A DNA stretch of 63,407 nt, the filler included, from Pelomyxa schiedti (taxonomy: Eukaryota > Protista > Evosea): assembly GCA_020536535.1 (NCBI GenBank). It is 11 parts of 11 records of this genome, joined end to end, with 100 filler letters (N's around TTAATTAATTAA, not from the genome) between each part and the next. Parts side by side here need not be neighbours in the genome. Positions count along the whole stretch, not along the records: positions 33,484 to 41,397 come from JAHLWZ010000156.1; positions 41,498 to 42,825 come from JAHLWZ010002593.1; positions 42,926 to 44,371 come from JAHLWZ010002499.1; positions 44,472 to 49,064 come from JAHLWZ010000637.1; positions 49,165 to 54,262 come from JAHLWZ010000325.1; 6 more parts are not named here. One strand, written 5' to 3'. The translations under genes were made by a program, and so were the position numbers. The notes beneath the pieces are model-generated. The model was not told the DNA's origin. It saw only the letters and a list, made by a program, of their open reading frames with translations, and searched no databases. Positions 38,641-50,634 of this stretch are shown piece by piece; within the stretch, counting starts at the first letter, position 1, and every line of letters begins with the position of its first letter.

Positions 38641-38954
38641 AGCACCAGCTACTGTTAATCAGCAGAGAAGAAAGGCATCCAAAACATAAACAACAACCTC
38701 AACAAAAAGGACCCAAGTTTCCAGTCCCATTCTCCCTCACAAAAAAAGCACTTCACCCTGGAGCTCTTGTGCTTCACACTCCTTCCGCACTGACCTCATG
38801 TCAACCTCTGATATTGTGGAATGTTGGAGGTGCAAGTTTCTTTGACTGGTAACATGCCATCCAGTGCATCCAAAACAAATTTTTTTACACAAAACCTTCA
38901 CATTTTACACAACAAAGTCATTTCCTTGTTTGAAGGGAGTAGTTAATGAGACAC

Positions 38955-39497
38955 TCAATCCATCATAAGAGGGTGGGAGGTTGTAGTGGTGCTTGTTGTA
39001 GAAGTAGTTGTGGTTGTGGACGTGGTTGTAGAGGTTGTCATGCCTGGGGTAGTGCCAGGAGACAACGAGCGTGGGTATGGCTGTGGCGGTGTTTGGACCC
39101 TTGGCTGCTCATCATCGGTGGGCGAGGGATGGAGGCGTGGGCCCAACCTCTTGTGCTGGGGCTGTGACGGGTGACCCTTGGCCAAGAACTTGGCAGTCCA
39201 GGGGTAAACGAGCCCAGGCACTTTGTACGGCAATTTGCGCATACGGATGGCCCGATTCGCGTCTTGCAAATCCTTAAAGCAAACCCACGTGTGAAGAAGG
39301 TCGACGTTGGCACCGGGGGGCCTGTTTGTTTGCTCTAGTGTACCAACTTCGTAGCTCCTGTCGGGGACGTAAAAAGCAGGAAATAAAAAAAAATAGTGAT
39401 ACCCAATAAATCCCAGAGTGGAAAGGCTGCCCTCCACCATTTCCTTGGTGGTGGTGCCATGTAAGGACGATAGATACACATAGTGTCCCGTCGCCAT
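38955..39497 (-). CDS. RRM-like protein with low-complexity Thr/Pro tail
   Basis: RNP2-like YVYLSSL followed by helix TTKEMV, RNP1-like HTWVCF and DLQDANRAI. Confidence 0.55.
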   Translation of the reverse strand: MATGHYVYLSSLHGTTTKEMVEGSLSTLGFIGYHYFFLFPAFYVPDRSYEVGTLEQTNRPPGANVDLLHTWVCFKDLQDANRAIRMRKLPYKVPGLVYPWTAKFLAKGHPSQPQHKRLGPRLHPSPTDDEQPRVQTPPQPYPRSLSPGTTPGMTTSTTTSTTTTTSTTSTTTTSHPLMMD

Positions 39498-40240
39498 TAG
39501 GTTGTACGTTATGGTTGCGTGTTTCCGGAGATCTTGTTTGATGGATGTATAATTATTAACCTCTGAGGGTTAAAAATATAGAAGGCAGGGAAGTGGTGTC
39601 TAGAGTATGACTAATTACCTTAGATTTTATCCAAAATTGTGGGGTCACTCAACAGACAATCAAACCCTGCGCTACAGTAGTCGCGAAGCACAAAGGTTAC
39701 TGGGAACCAGCTCACTTGCTGCAATGCTGTCAGTGATTAGATGAACTCAATGACGACTCACAGTGGCTTTGGTGTGGGAGTAAAGGTATTGTTGTAGAAG
39801 TGGGGAACAGGAAACGGTATCCTTCGAGGGAAAAAGGTAATGTCCTCCGTTTTGATACGTGACTAAGGTCTGATTGGCCTTGCTTCGCCGCGGCTCCGGT
39901 GCGGAGGTAATGGATATGCCAGAGCGTAAGAGTCTCAGATAACATTCAACACACAAGTGATTATTTGAAAATAAATTCTCTGTAACAGAAGGTAAACTTA
40001 AAACAAAAAGGGACAAAGGCACAAATTACAACCCAGATATTCAAATAAGCCTAAATCCGGTTTGTAGTTTCCTCTGGGTCTGTAAATGTTTATGTAAAAG
40101 TCAAGTACAAATTAATTCGAGGAATGCACATCATAGCAAATTAAGGTGCAGTAAAAAAACGGAGGTAACCACCCAAAAGAGCGAACACAGAGAGCGGCTT
40201 TTGGGTGGGAAACAAAACGGTGGTTCAAAAGGGTGCGCCA

Positions 40241-40496
40241 AGAAACAAGTCCGCTGCCAGTCTTGCCTTCATTGAAGGCTAGAAACAAGTCCGCTGCCAG
40301 TCTTGCCTTCATTGAAGGCTAGAAACAAGCTTGTCAGTCTTGCCTTCATTGAAGGCTAAAAACAGGTCCGCTGCCAGTCTTGCCTTCATTGAAGGCTAAA
40401 AACAAGTCCGCTGCCAGTCTTGCCTTCATTGAAGGCTAGAAACAAGTCCGCTGCCAGTCTTGCCTTCATTGAAGGCTAGAAACAAGCTTGTCAGTC
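40241..40496. repeat. 40-bp minisatellite, 6 units plus a partial, with internal hairpin
   Basis: Unit AGAAACAAGTCCGCTGCCAGTCTTGCCTTCATTGAAGGCT. Unit 3 and the partial unit 7 are a 37-bp variant (AAGCTTGTCAG). There are no unique spacers. Confidence 0.97.
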
Positions 40497-41497
40497 GGAG
40501 TACTCCCCACAGATGGTACGATAGTGTTGCCTGTGGATATGTTGGGTTGTGTTATGTTATATACGATGTACAGTTATAGGCACAACAACAAGAAGCAACA
40601 GGCAACAGGTAACAAGCAACAGGCAACTGCGTACTGTTTAGCCTTGTGCGGGGGTTCAGAGCCACACCACTTGGCTCCCTGCACCTCCTCCACCCTCGTT
40701 GTATTTGTTGCAGTACTCCCAAAACGCGGTTGTTGTTTTTGGGGGGTTAGCAAAAAACCTGTTACGAACAGAGGCAAAAAAACACCATCGAGCGTTTTTG
40801 TAGACTTTATAAACAGATAGTTCGGAAAATACCACTAAAACAGGGTCTAGCAGAGAAATCGTTTGGTGTTTATTGTCGTCGTATCGACTCGCTCGGCGGT
40901 GTATTTGTTTAAAAAGTTAGGCGATACGAAGGGCCTTATAAAAGAAAGGCAACTGAACTTTACTATTTTAGGTTGTATCTTCATTCAGCGAAAACAAGCC
41001 GAAATAGTTTCGACAAATTTGAACCATTCCTGTTCGGCATGGGGAGAATGGACCCTTAATCCGGTCAGAACAAGTAGTGTGCCAACAAAAATCGACAAAG
41101 CATCATGCCCAGCACACACTCCCCTGTGACAGCCGTAAGCCACATTCCTACATTTCCCCTATTGGGAATCCTCGGTTTGATACTGCTGTCGCGAGTGACT
41201 TAAATCAAGATACAGTGTGATGCGGTAATTATTTTGTCTCCTGCTCAAACTCTCGAGGTTTGAATGGTTACAAACTGAATTTATTTTTGCTTGAGTTTTG
41301 TCTCATGTCTCTTCAATCTCGTGAACTTGCAACGCACACATCCCAGCACAGCACTACCACCTCCCTGACCAAGTGCGGATGCAGTTGAGGCGTTTGGNNN
41401 NNNNNNNNNNNNNNNNNNNNNNNNNNNNNNNNNNNNNNNNNTTAATTAATTAANNNNNNNNNNNNNNNNNNNNNNNNNNNNNNNNNNNNNNNNNNNN

Positions 41498-42825
41498 TCC
41501 GGTGCAAGTGTTCTCGGAGAACCACAGAACCTCAATCGGCCTGTGGAGCATTGGGGGTCAGAAAAAAGGGAAATAAGAAACGAATGCCACTTACTCGTCG
41601 GTGAAGTAATCGCCAGACACTGGGTCGTTCGTGCCGATCTCTCGGCACTCGGATTCGAAATAAAACGAATCAACTGTGCCTGTGGTTTCCTGACAGAACG
41701 GGTTGATGTATGTCACAACTTGGAAAACGGGATCTCGGAGGAGGTCGACGCAACGAGGTGGAGCGGGTACGCTGACGGTTGCTTCTGGGATTATGACAGC
41801 AGCTCTTACGTGACCGTGGAATGTGCTCCCGCCAACCCAAAGTGGCAGGCTGTTTATTCTTTCCCTGGTCCAAATTTCGTGGGTATGTTGTAAATATTCC
41901 GTTTTCCAACGTTGTTTCTTACCACTACCGCTCACTCACAGAAACGACGGGTGACAAGGTGATTGACATGCACTATTTCTGGTCAGAGAACTGTGTGGAG
42001 TACGACATTGGTTGGACTTATGCCTCCGGCAACGTCGTTCAGGTTGCTTCCTGCACTGCCGATGAACCCGATATTTACAGCCTCTGGGATGAGTATGATT
42101 GATCCTCTCCACGAATTTTTCCTCACCACCACCACAGCGCCTATGTTATTCATGTCATCGACTCTGATGACGACACGATTGACAGCACATGGGGATACAA
42201 CCCAGGGTGCGTTCAACACCAGACCGCAACAGCGAGTTATTCCCACTCGTGCTCTTGGTCGCAGACCACATTCTCTGGTTCCATCTCGGTATCCTCTTCT
42301 GCCAATTTTTTCCACTCTTGTTTTTTAATTGTTGTTTGCAGACATGGTCATTCTCAACAACGGACTGCACGGGAGCCTCAACGAGCGGAACAGTGACAGT
42401 TGATGGAATGAACACAGATTATTACACCACCGATTACTTCTGCCTTGCACCCAACAACATGTGGCAAGTCGTGAAGTTGCACTTGTATGACGAAGAAGGT
42501 TTGTGTTGCAAAAGCCATAACACACCCCTTTTTTATTTATTTATTTTTCTTTTTCTTTTTCTCTTTATCTATCTTAACCTCCAACCAAGATCCCGTTTTC
42601 CAAGTTGTGACATACATCAACCCGTTCTGTCAGGAAACCACCGGCACAGTTGATTCGTTTTATTTCGAATCAGAGTGCCGAGAGATCGGCACGAACGACC
42701 CAGTGTCTGGTGATTACTTCACCGACGAGTAAGTGGCATTCGTTTCTTATTTCCCTTTTTTCTGACCCCCAATGCTCCACAGGCCGATTGAGGTTCTGTG
42801 GTTCTCCGAGAACACTTGCACCGGG
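41498..42825. repeat. About 237-bp inverted duplication forming both ends of a small contig
   Basis: 41499-41735 is the reverse complement of about 42588-42824 with about 3 substitutions. Confidence 0.93.
41736..42825 (+). CDS. Partial multi-exon Cys/Thr/aromatic-rich repeat protein, probably extracellular
   Basis: Exon-like segments WSGYADGCFWDYD..VEC, YFWSENCVEYD, WGYNPGCVQ, WSFSTTDCTG, FYFESECRE and WFSENTCTG, separated by short GT-AG introns. Both ends are missing. Confidence 0.55.
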
Positions 42826-42930
42826 NNNNNNNNNNNNNNNNNNNNNNNNNNNNNNNNNNNNNNNNNNNNTTAATTAATTAANNNNNNNNNNNNNNNNNNN
42901 NNNNNNNNNNNNNNNNNNNNNNNNNTGACG

Positions 42931-44283
42931 ATGGGCAACGCATCCAGCAAACCGACTTCGGCAGCTGCGCCCCCACCCCCGCGACCCACCAACAGGCCCA
43001 TTACTCTCGACGCCGTGATACAAGCCGCGGACCAGTTCGTCGCGTTCGCATGCGGATCAATTGTGTCCAGGACCAGGGTGCAGTCGCCGGCCAGGCTCCT
43101 CGCCGCGTCGCCGTCGTTGGTCGGGCAGTTTGGCAGGGAGTGGGTCCTGCGTGGCTGCAGGGACGTGGTTCTGACCGTGAATGTGAACTACATGCCCGAG
43201 GTGAGCAAGTACGATCAGGCGCACGTGTGGATGTGCGTGTCGCCTACCCTTGGCGTCGTGAGGTCGGCCCAGTTTGGCACTTCGGATACCACGGAGCACC
43301 AGCTCATTGGTCACATTGGGTGGGACTGCGAATCGTCGACGACGGCCACACCAGCAGCAGAACTGAGGGCACACAACAACAAAGAGCTGCTCGGGGCAGG
43401 AAGGAGCGATCGTAGCGGTGGTGACAGGCTGGTGGCGGTGAAGGGGTTCGTTCCCCAAGGTGTTTCTATTGATGTTGTGGATGGAAGTGGGAGTGTGGTT
43501 GAGAATCTTCGTGAAGCGAGGTTCAGTCTCGAGGATCACCGCTACTGTTGCACCTCAAAGTGGCTTGTGTTGATTGTGAAAGTGGAAATGACACTGTGGA
43601 AGCTCAGCGATGGCCCTCAGAGAACCAGCGTAAAAATAAATCTGGAGGGGCATGTCCACGATCTGGTGCCACACGAGAGTGACCCAGACTTGTTAATCAT
43701 GCCGTTTTCCAACTCTACAGGGTTGTTCCTGTGGCACATCGATTTGAAGAAGAGCTTCGCCCAGAGGGAAATTGTGCCCAGGAGGGATCCCACCCCTCTC
43801 CCTTTTACCTACTACCAGTACATCAGAGTACTTGGTTGCGATCCAAACATCTGTGCTGTTTCCATTGAGGAGGGCCGCACAGTGTATCAAGTATACAACA
43901 CCACAACCAAGTGCACCCACGCCCTCACTCGTTGTCCACTACCAATCAGAGGCCACCTTTTCACACCCCAGATGGTCACCACTGATGAAACAGATGAAAT
44001 CTTCCACGTGTTCCACACTTCCAACCCCAGCACTCCCTTCATTTCTGTTCCGTGCAAGAGGGAAATACCAGGTGCAACAGATGGCTCCCAGATGCACTTA
44101 ACCTTATCCACAGATACACTTACCATTATCTCTGATAAGGTTAGTTTTGTCACAGGTGGAGTTGTTGTGTGGGAGTGCATGCGAGTGCAGATGCCAGAAG
44201 GGTATCTGCAGCCGTGGCCAGCGAGGTATGCCATCACTGATGCTGAGACTGACACTCTTTTGGCTTTCCTTGATAACTCCTGA
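42931..44283 (+). CDS. Lineage-specific family protein with N-myristoylation-like start
   Basis: 450-aa intronless ORF with MGNASSK, AADQFVAFA..S..R...SPARLL, REWVL, VSPTLGVV, SKWLV and DLKKSF. Confidence 0.82.
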   Translation: MGNASSKPTSAAAPPPPRPTNRPITLDAVIQAADQFVAFACGSIVSRTRVQSPARLLAASPSLVGQFGREWVLRGCRDVVLTVNVNYMPEVSKYDQAHVWMCVSPTLGVVRSAQFGTSDTTEHQLIGHIGWDCESSTTATPAAELRAHNNKELLGAGRSDRSGGDRLVAVKGFVPQGVSIDVVDGSGSVVENLREARFSLEDHRYCCTSKWLVLIVKVEMTLWKLSDGPQRTSVKINLEGHVHDLVPHESDPDLLIMPFSNSTGLFLWHIDLKKSFAQREIVPRRDPTPLPFTYYQYIRVLGCDPNICAVSIEEGRTVYQVYNTTTKCTHALTRCPLPIRGHLFTPQMVTTDETDEIFHVFHTSNPSTPFISVPCKREIPGATDGSQMHLTLSTDTLTIISDKVSFVTGGVVVWECMRVQMPEGYLQPWPARYAITDAETDTLLAFLDNS

Positions 44284-44471
44284 TGTTACTGATTCTAAAC
44301 TGTTTAGTACACCATCGAAATCTTTTGTTGTCCTATTTTTGGACAAACCAACCACTGAGTATCGTTGACCTNNNNNNNNNNNNNNNNNNNNNNNNNNNNN
44401 NNNNNNNNNNNNNNNTTAATTAATTAANNNNNNNNNNNNNNNNNNNNNNNNNNNNNNNNNNNNNNNNNNNN

Positions 44472-45577
44472 AATCCACACCCAACAAGGATTGTGGAGCC
44501 CTCAGTTGATGACCTGATTGTCCTCAGTGGCGTGTGTTGCTTGAAACTGGTGGTGTGATTGCAGTCCCAGATCTCCACAATGTCCTTGGAATAAAGATGG
44601 CTGCTAAGTGAGAAAAGAGAGCCAGTCACCTGGCTTGTCACACCTCTGGTGTTGAAGTGGGACCTTATCCTGGTTGTTGTTCCATTCGATTGAACAGCAA
44701 ACACTGCCCTGAACGCAGAATTGTGATCTGTAGGGTTGGTCTCAACAATGAACACGTTCTGACCGGCCTTGTTCCTCAACATAAGGATGCATCTCACAGT
44801 GTATTCCAGAAAATAACCAGCCGGAAATGCACACTGTGTTGAGCTCACAATCTGCACAATTTTTGTGGCGTAGGTACTTTCCAAATCGACAACAACCAAC
44901 AGTTGCTGATCACTGTCGGGTGTGGTGATAATAACCATAGCCTGTGACGAATGTAATTTGTTGAGGCTCATTGCCCCAACAACATGGTAATTCTCAGATA
45001 GGGGAGCAAGAACGGGCTCCATGTTGTTGCCTGACAAACTGGTGACAGCAAGCAGCTTCCCCCGTTCTCTGTGCTGCAGCAACCACTTTCCATTCATGAC
45101 CAATTCACGTGGCATGGCTGTCTGCACTTCTAGTTGGCACTTATCCCCACTTGCCTTGTTCACCAGACACAGCTTTTCAGTGTCGTCTGCAGAAACATAG
45201 ATATCCTCATCAACCCAGCAGTAATTATAATCATTCACAACACTCACATCAGTTGTCAGACCAATAAGCACAAGTGACACCCCAAATCTAATGGCCACCT
45301 TCAGGCCACTGCTCCCCTCGGTCACGACGGCGACTCTCCTCTGCGTCCCAATGACCCAGGTGTCCCACAATTGCCTCGCCAGCGCGGGCCCCAACACCCC
45401 CGCCGGCGATTTTCCGCCGGATCGACACGAGTGTGAGGCAACCAGGAACGCCGCGAACTGGTTCCTGGCCCAAAGACATCGAGCGAGTCTGGTCTCTGCG
45501 ACGCGATCATCGTCCATCGAATTCAGGTACGTGGTCTTTAGTCTGCAGGCAAACATCATCATGACCCCATCCATCAT
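44472..45577 (-). CDS. Lineage-specific family protein, 3'-truncated by contig end
   Basis: ARNQFAAFLVASH..RSG.KSPA, LWDTWV..TQRRV, NGKWLL, VVDLESTY and EIWDCN. The start is at 45577 or at a downstream Met. Confidence 0.8.
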
Positions 45578-45606
45578 AAACTTTCGTTCCTTTTTTTTGA
45601 AACATA

Positions 45607-47095
45607 CACCGGGGGGGCGAGTCAAGTGAGAAAAACAGAATTTTTTCGTGAGCAAGGCAGTGTGAAGCGGCCCGATTTTGCCGGGAATTGTTGATGTTTT
45701 GTGCCGCGGGGCGGTTGGCGCGGCGCCGCGGCGGCAGCGCGGCGTGTGTGTTCGTTGAATCGGGTCTCGCCGCGGCTGCGCGGCCTTGACATAAATGGCA
45801 TGTTTGGGGTTGTGGAGACTGTGCAGTGACTTGCCTCTTTGTTTATCTCCACTACCATCAAAAAAATCGCTGCTACGAGGGGAGACCATGCCGCCCTGGG
45901 GTGAAGAGGAACATCTAATATTAATTGTTTTATTTCAATATAACAAAATAAAATTAAATAAAATTAAATTTTTTATTTATTGAATCAATTAAATTAATTT
46001 ATATATCTATTAAATATTTAATATATATTTTATTTATTATTTATTTATTATTAATTTAATTAAAAGTAATTTTTTACGCATTTACGCCTTGTAATAAGGC
46101 CTACAGCATTGCCGCACCCCTTTAATGTATTTCCGAGCCTTCCACTTGTATGTGGCTTCTTGTTTCTTTGTTTTCTTTTTCCCATAGCGCTGGGACACTG
46201 GTCTGCTTTTTTTTTTTTTACACTTAGGTGGTCAACTTGCCTGCCGCTGCTGACATGACAACCACCGACGTACATCCTTCTCCTTTTTTGTAATTGCTGA
46301 ACAGTTGTAGGTACCGGACTGACCAACCCCAACTTCCCTAACCCACTCTCCCGCTTTTCCGCTTTCCAACTACCACACTTTACTGTGACGGGTGCACAAC
46401 CAGGCCCAAATTTCCCTTCTTACTCTTTCACTCTCATGCGTACCCACAACGCCCACTTCTCTCCAAAATGTGGATTTAAAAAAACGTGGCACGATTTTGT
46501 ATCCAAGGCCACTTAAGGGTGGAAAACTTTTTTCTTTTTGCCTGAAGTCGATTTCGACTTCAGGCTTGTACATAGAGGTGTGAGGTGAGGATGGTGAGTG
46601 AGTGTGAGGAATTCGGCCTGGTGCCCAGTCTGGTACCTAGTACGTTGAGTGGGGTGACGAGGGGGGAGGGATGAGCGTTGGCGGTTGCCATCTCGGCAGC
46701 TGGCGCAGCTGCCGAAGAAAAAAAAAAAGAACCATACCACCGTGCCAGTATAATAAAATACAGAAGGAAGTTACCTAGCCAGCTGGGATTACAGACACCA
46801 CGTCCGACACCTAAATTATCCTACGTGAGAAAACGAAGAAAGAAGAAGCCACATACTGGTGGAAAGCTGCCGTAAATGCTGGTGTAATGCGGAGACTTCT
46901 AATACAGGTTGAATGGAAAAAAGAACTGGAGGCGTAATTATACTTATTTAATAATTTTAAACTTAATTATTATTTAATAATTAATAATTTTAATTAATAA
47001 TAAAGAAGTTAATACATTATAATTATTTAAAAATAAATTCGGTAAATATAAAATTCAAAACACAATGTTTTTCTCACTTGACTCGCCCCCCGGTG
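45607..47095. mobile_element. Non-autonomous TIR DNA transposon (MITE/foldback-like) flanked by TA
   Basis: TIRs CACCGGGGGGGCGAGTCAAGTGAGAAAAACA (45607-45637) and its reverse complement (47066-47095, one fewer G/C). TA lies immediately outside both ends. No transposase ORF. Confidence 0.85.
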
Positions 47096-47156
47096 TAAGC
47101 TGTAATCATCTAATTCTCTCCAACGGGCTCGATTTGGAGTGGTGCGTAGGTGTGCA

Positions 47157-48165
47157 GGTGGGGTGATAATAAAAAGGGAATGTTGGTAACAGGCAGGTCG
47201 GCCACACCTAAATGATATCTTGAGACTGGAGAAAAAGTCAAAAAAAAAAAAAAAGAAGCCACCTACCAGAAGGAGGTCCCAAAGTACCGGAAATGCTGGA
47301 AAGGGCAGGGACAGTCTTCGCATTTAGTCGGGTGATCATACAAAGAGAGGGGGATTTACCTTGGTGATGGCAGGCTTTCATCGCAGCAGCCGGCGAGTTG
47401 CCACACCTGGTTTAAAGTAAAGTGTGAGAAGTGCGGAAAAGAAAAAAACAGAGAAGATACCTGCAGTTCAAGTCTTTCGATTTCTGCGGCATCTAAGAAA
47501 AAAGGAGGAGTCACACACCAGGGCCACAAGGTGCCGGAAACAGAAGACCCATTTCAACACAGGTTGGATGCGGGAAAAGAACAAAAAAATCTGGGATTGG
47601 AGGTGATGCAATACTGGGTCTGAAAAAAAGGCTAAAACCTGACGAGGAAAAGCGGAGCAGAGCTGCGCACACCATTCTCCTGAGTGGATGAAAAGGGAGA
47701 GGGGGATTTNNNNNNNNNNNNNNNNNNNNNNNNNNNNNNNNNNNNNNNNNNNNNNNNNNNNNNNNNNNNNNNNNNNNNNNNNNNNNNNNNNNNNNNNNNN
47801 NNNNNNNNNATCTGGGATTGGAGGTGATGCAATACTGGGTCTGAAAAAAAGGCTAAAACCTGACGAGGAAAAGCGGAGCAGAGCTGCGCACACCATTCTC
47901 CTGAGTGGATGAAAAGGGAGAGGGGGATTTACCATGGTGACAGTCTGTCGTGGTGAAATGAGAAAAAGAAGAAATAAGAAACATTGAGTGGCTGAGCTGC
48001 TGAAAGTCAGAGATCCCCAATGCCGACACTCCCACTGCATACAGTTTGAATCAAAGAAGAGGTGGAATGGAGCCGAGACGCACACACATTCTGCTGACAT
48101 CTACAACACCACCTGGTTGTCAAATGTGAGAAGTCAAAAAAGAAATCGGAAGAGAAATGGAAACA
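47157..48165 (+). repeat. Dispersed modular repeat, copy 2
   Basis: Collinear reverse-complement match to about 52950-53820 along its length; includes an N gap with duplicated flanks. Confidence 0.88.
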
Positions 48166-48363
48166 AACTTAAATAACACGAGACAAAGAAAAAGAAAGCA
48201 AAGCAAAAAAGAACTGATTGAAGCGTTGGCTCAACAGAGCGAAAGAGAAAAAAAAAAAAACCAAAACAAAACAAAGCAAAGCAAAACAAAGCTAAACCAA
48301 AACGAGAAACAACAAAACAAAAGAAAATAGATACCTACGACAGCACGACACCAAGTCACCAAA

Positions 48364-48856
48364 ATGCCACAACGGAAGGAGGAGGAGAAGAGAGGGGATT
48401 GAGTAGTTGTTGCCTTCACGCCGTGTGTGTGTCCACGCCACCCTCGGCCCACCCCACGCTCCCCAGGGGAGCCGCTACACCCTCGCCAGTGGCACGGCGT
48501 ACTGGTCCCCGGGCGCCCGGTGTGCTCCACCACACAGTAAGCAATGCTCAATGCTCCTTCACTCTTCACAGAATTCCCGCTTGCTTGTTGCAACAAGCCT
48601 CCGACAAGTTGGCGGTAAGGTGCGCATCCTGCAGGCAGACCGAGGAGTGCGTTCACGGGACACAGTGAGGCTCCCCCGAGCCGAGAAAAACGACGCGCTA
48701 CAGCGACTTTTTCGTGCATTTGCGTGCGCACCGTTGCATGGGGAAGAAGATTTTTGGTTAGCCTTGTCGGCATTGTCCGATGAGCTGTTGTCCCACATTG
48801 GGCCTGATCAACACACTGGTCCGGACGAGAAGACGCAGAAATTCGGTACAAAATGA
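48364..48856 (+). CDS. Possible small two-exon hypothetical protein
   Basis: ATG at 48364; a GTAAGC...TTCACAG intron (about 48537-48571) joins two open frames. No recognisable domain. Confidence 0.3.
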
Positions 48857-49164
48857 CAGATTGCAATATTAAATAACAATAATTAGTGTTGGTGGGTTCT
48901 AATCTTTTAAATCCATCGGAAATAATAGCTTCAACTAATTTCCTGAACAGGGTAATGAAGCCGGAACGATTAATAGTAACCTGGCACCTGATAATTCAGT
49001 GGGGGTAACAACTAACCACATCACAAAGTTAACTTAAATTCAAACAGGCAAACAGGCAGATCAGNNNNNNNNNNNNNNNNNNNNNNNNNNNNNNNNNNNN
49101 NNNNNNNNTTAATTAATTAANNNNNNNNNNNNNNNNNNNNNNNNNNNNNNNNNNNNNNNNNNNN

Positions 49165-50488
49165 CCTTTAAAGTTGTAAAAGTGCACCCACATTAAAGTA
49201 GAGTAAAGTAGTACTTGGTGGGTTAACACCTGCAGCCATCCACCGCATTTGTCCATCAGCAGATATCAAAATGAGACGGGCATAGAGATGGATTGGTCCA
49301 TTGTGAAAGACACTCCAAAGCTTGAAACCGACCTGTAATAGGTGAAATAAAGGAAGAGCAAAGATCTTGTACTGTGTTAAGCTGTATCAAAGTCGGAATC
49401 AAAAGCTCTAACACTTGATACAAGCTTTCTTGTGAGTTTAGGTCTGTTGAAAGAGCTACAGAAGCCACATCCATTTCAGCAATCTGTTTTTCGAAAATTA
49501 ATTATTATACCAAATTTACACACGATTTTACCTTAGGTGGTAGATTCCTCACAGTACAAATCAGTGTGCCTAGTGACTGTTTGGTTGTCCAACCAATTTT
49601 ATCCATGAAAAAGGATAACGCAAGAGGTACACAAGGCATGCCCTCAGGGTTGCGCTGAGGGAATGACTGCAACCAGTCATGGATGATTTTTCCATCACAT
49701 ATGTCCTTGTAAACCCCTAGCAGGTACAAATTAAGCACACCCAAAGAAATTACAACCATTTGGCTGTGTCGGGTGAGTAATCAAGCATTTTATCAGTGTG
49801 GGACATGAAAATAACAGCTGGATCCACGATAACATATCAACAATGCGAAGTCCATCACCAACAACCTGGCAAAACAACCGCTGAGTACAACAGAACGAAG
49901 TGCAACAGCAGGGCCAACACACATATTTCAGACCATCGAATTTTTTAGCAGATTCAAAAACAAGACTTGGAGGAATGGAACAATGTAACTCGGTCAGGAT
50001 TCTCACAACCACTTTCACATCGGACTGTGTCCATCCTTGTAGTAGCGATGCTTTCATCAACTCATAGACTCCAGTTCCAAGCTTTGAAACTGGTCAAGCA
50101 GATAACGAAGACAAAGAAAAACCTGTGCCCTGGTGGGAAACTGTGGGAGTGGCGAGTCGTACCGCTCCGTTACTGGGGCATCTTGTGTGTCGATGGTTTG
50201 TATGCCAATGGCAACTTCTTGTTGTAATGTGGGGGGCACAAGTGGATCGTCGGTGGATCCCAGACTGCTCCTCAATGCTGAGTCTGTTACCAATAGCAAA
50301 TAGTAGGTAGTTGTACCTGCTTTGCGTGCAGGTAAAATTTGCATTGGGTGCCACTTGCTTCCATCAGACCACTGCCAACCATGACAACCAATTTTGGCCT
50401 TGGCCAAATGATTACGCATGTATGTAAGGGTGGCTGAGGCAGCGCCACAGAGGCATTGATATGGTCGCTGCATCTGTCTTTGTTTCAT
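49165..50488 (-). mobile_element. Intron-containing CACTA/EnSpm/Plavaka-like (CMC superfamily) transposase, 3'-truncated
   Basis: N-terminal YQC.CG...RNHL zinc-finger-like motif; core YKDICDG..., PLALSFFMD (first catalytic D), QSLG.L..TVRNLPP, then L.QL..|VGF...LYARLILISADGQMR..AAG (second D). Order and spacing are typical of Tnp2/Transposase_21-like proteins. Confidence 0.72.
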
Positions 50489-50634
50489 TTTGTTTAAATC
50501 TACAACAAGGGTTTTTGTTCTTACCCGATTTGTTGCTGCTGTTAGGACATCAATGTGATGTTGTACAACAAAGAGTTTTCACAGTAACTTTGCTGTTTTT
50601 TGTTTCGAAAACAAAAACAAAAACAAAAACCTAC

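Noticed and set aside
40241-40496. CRISPR-like array
   Set aside because: The units are contiguous with no unique spacers, there are no cas genes, and the context is eukaryotic.
46540-46565. Rho-independent terminator
   Set aside because: The DNA is eukaryotic, and the T tract lies 5' of the hairpin rather than 3'.
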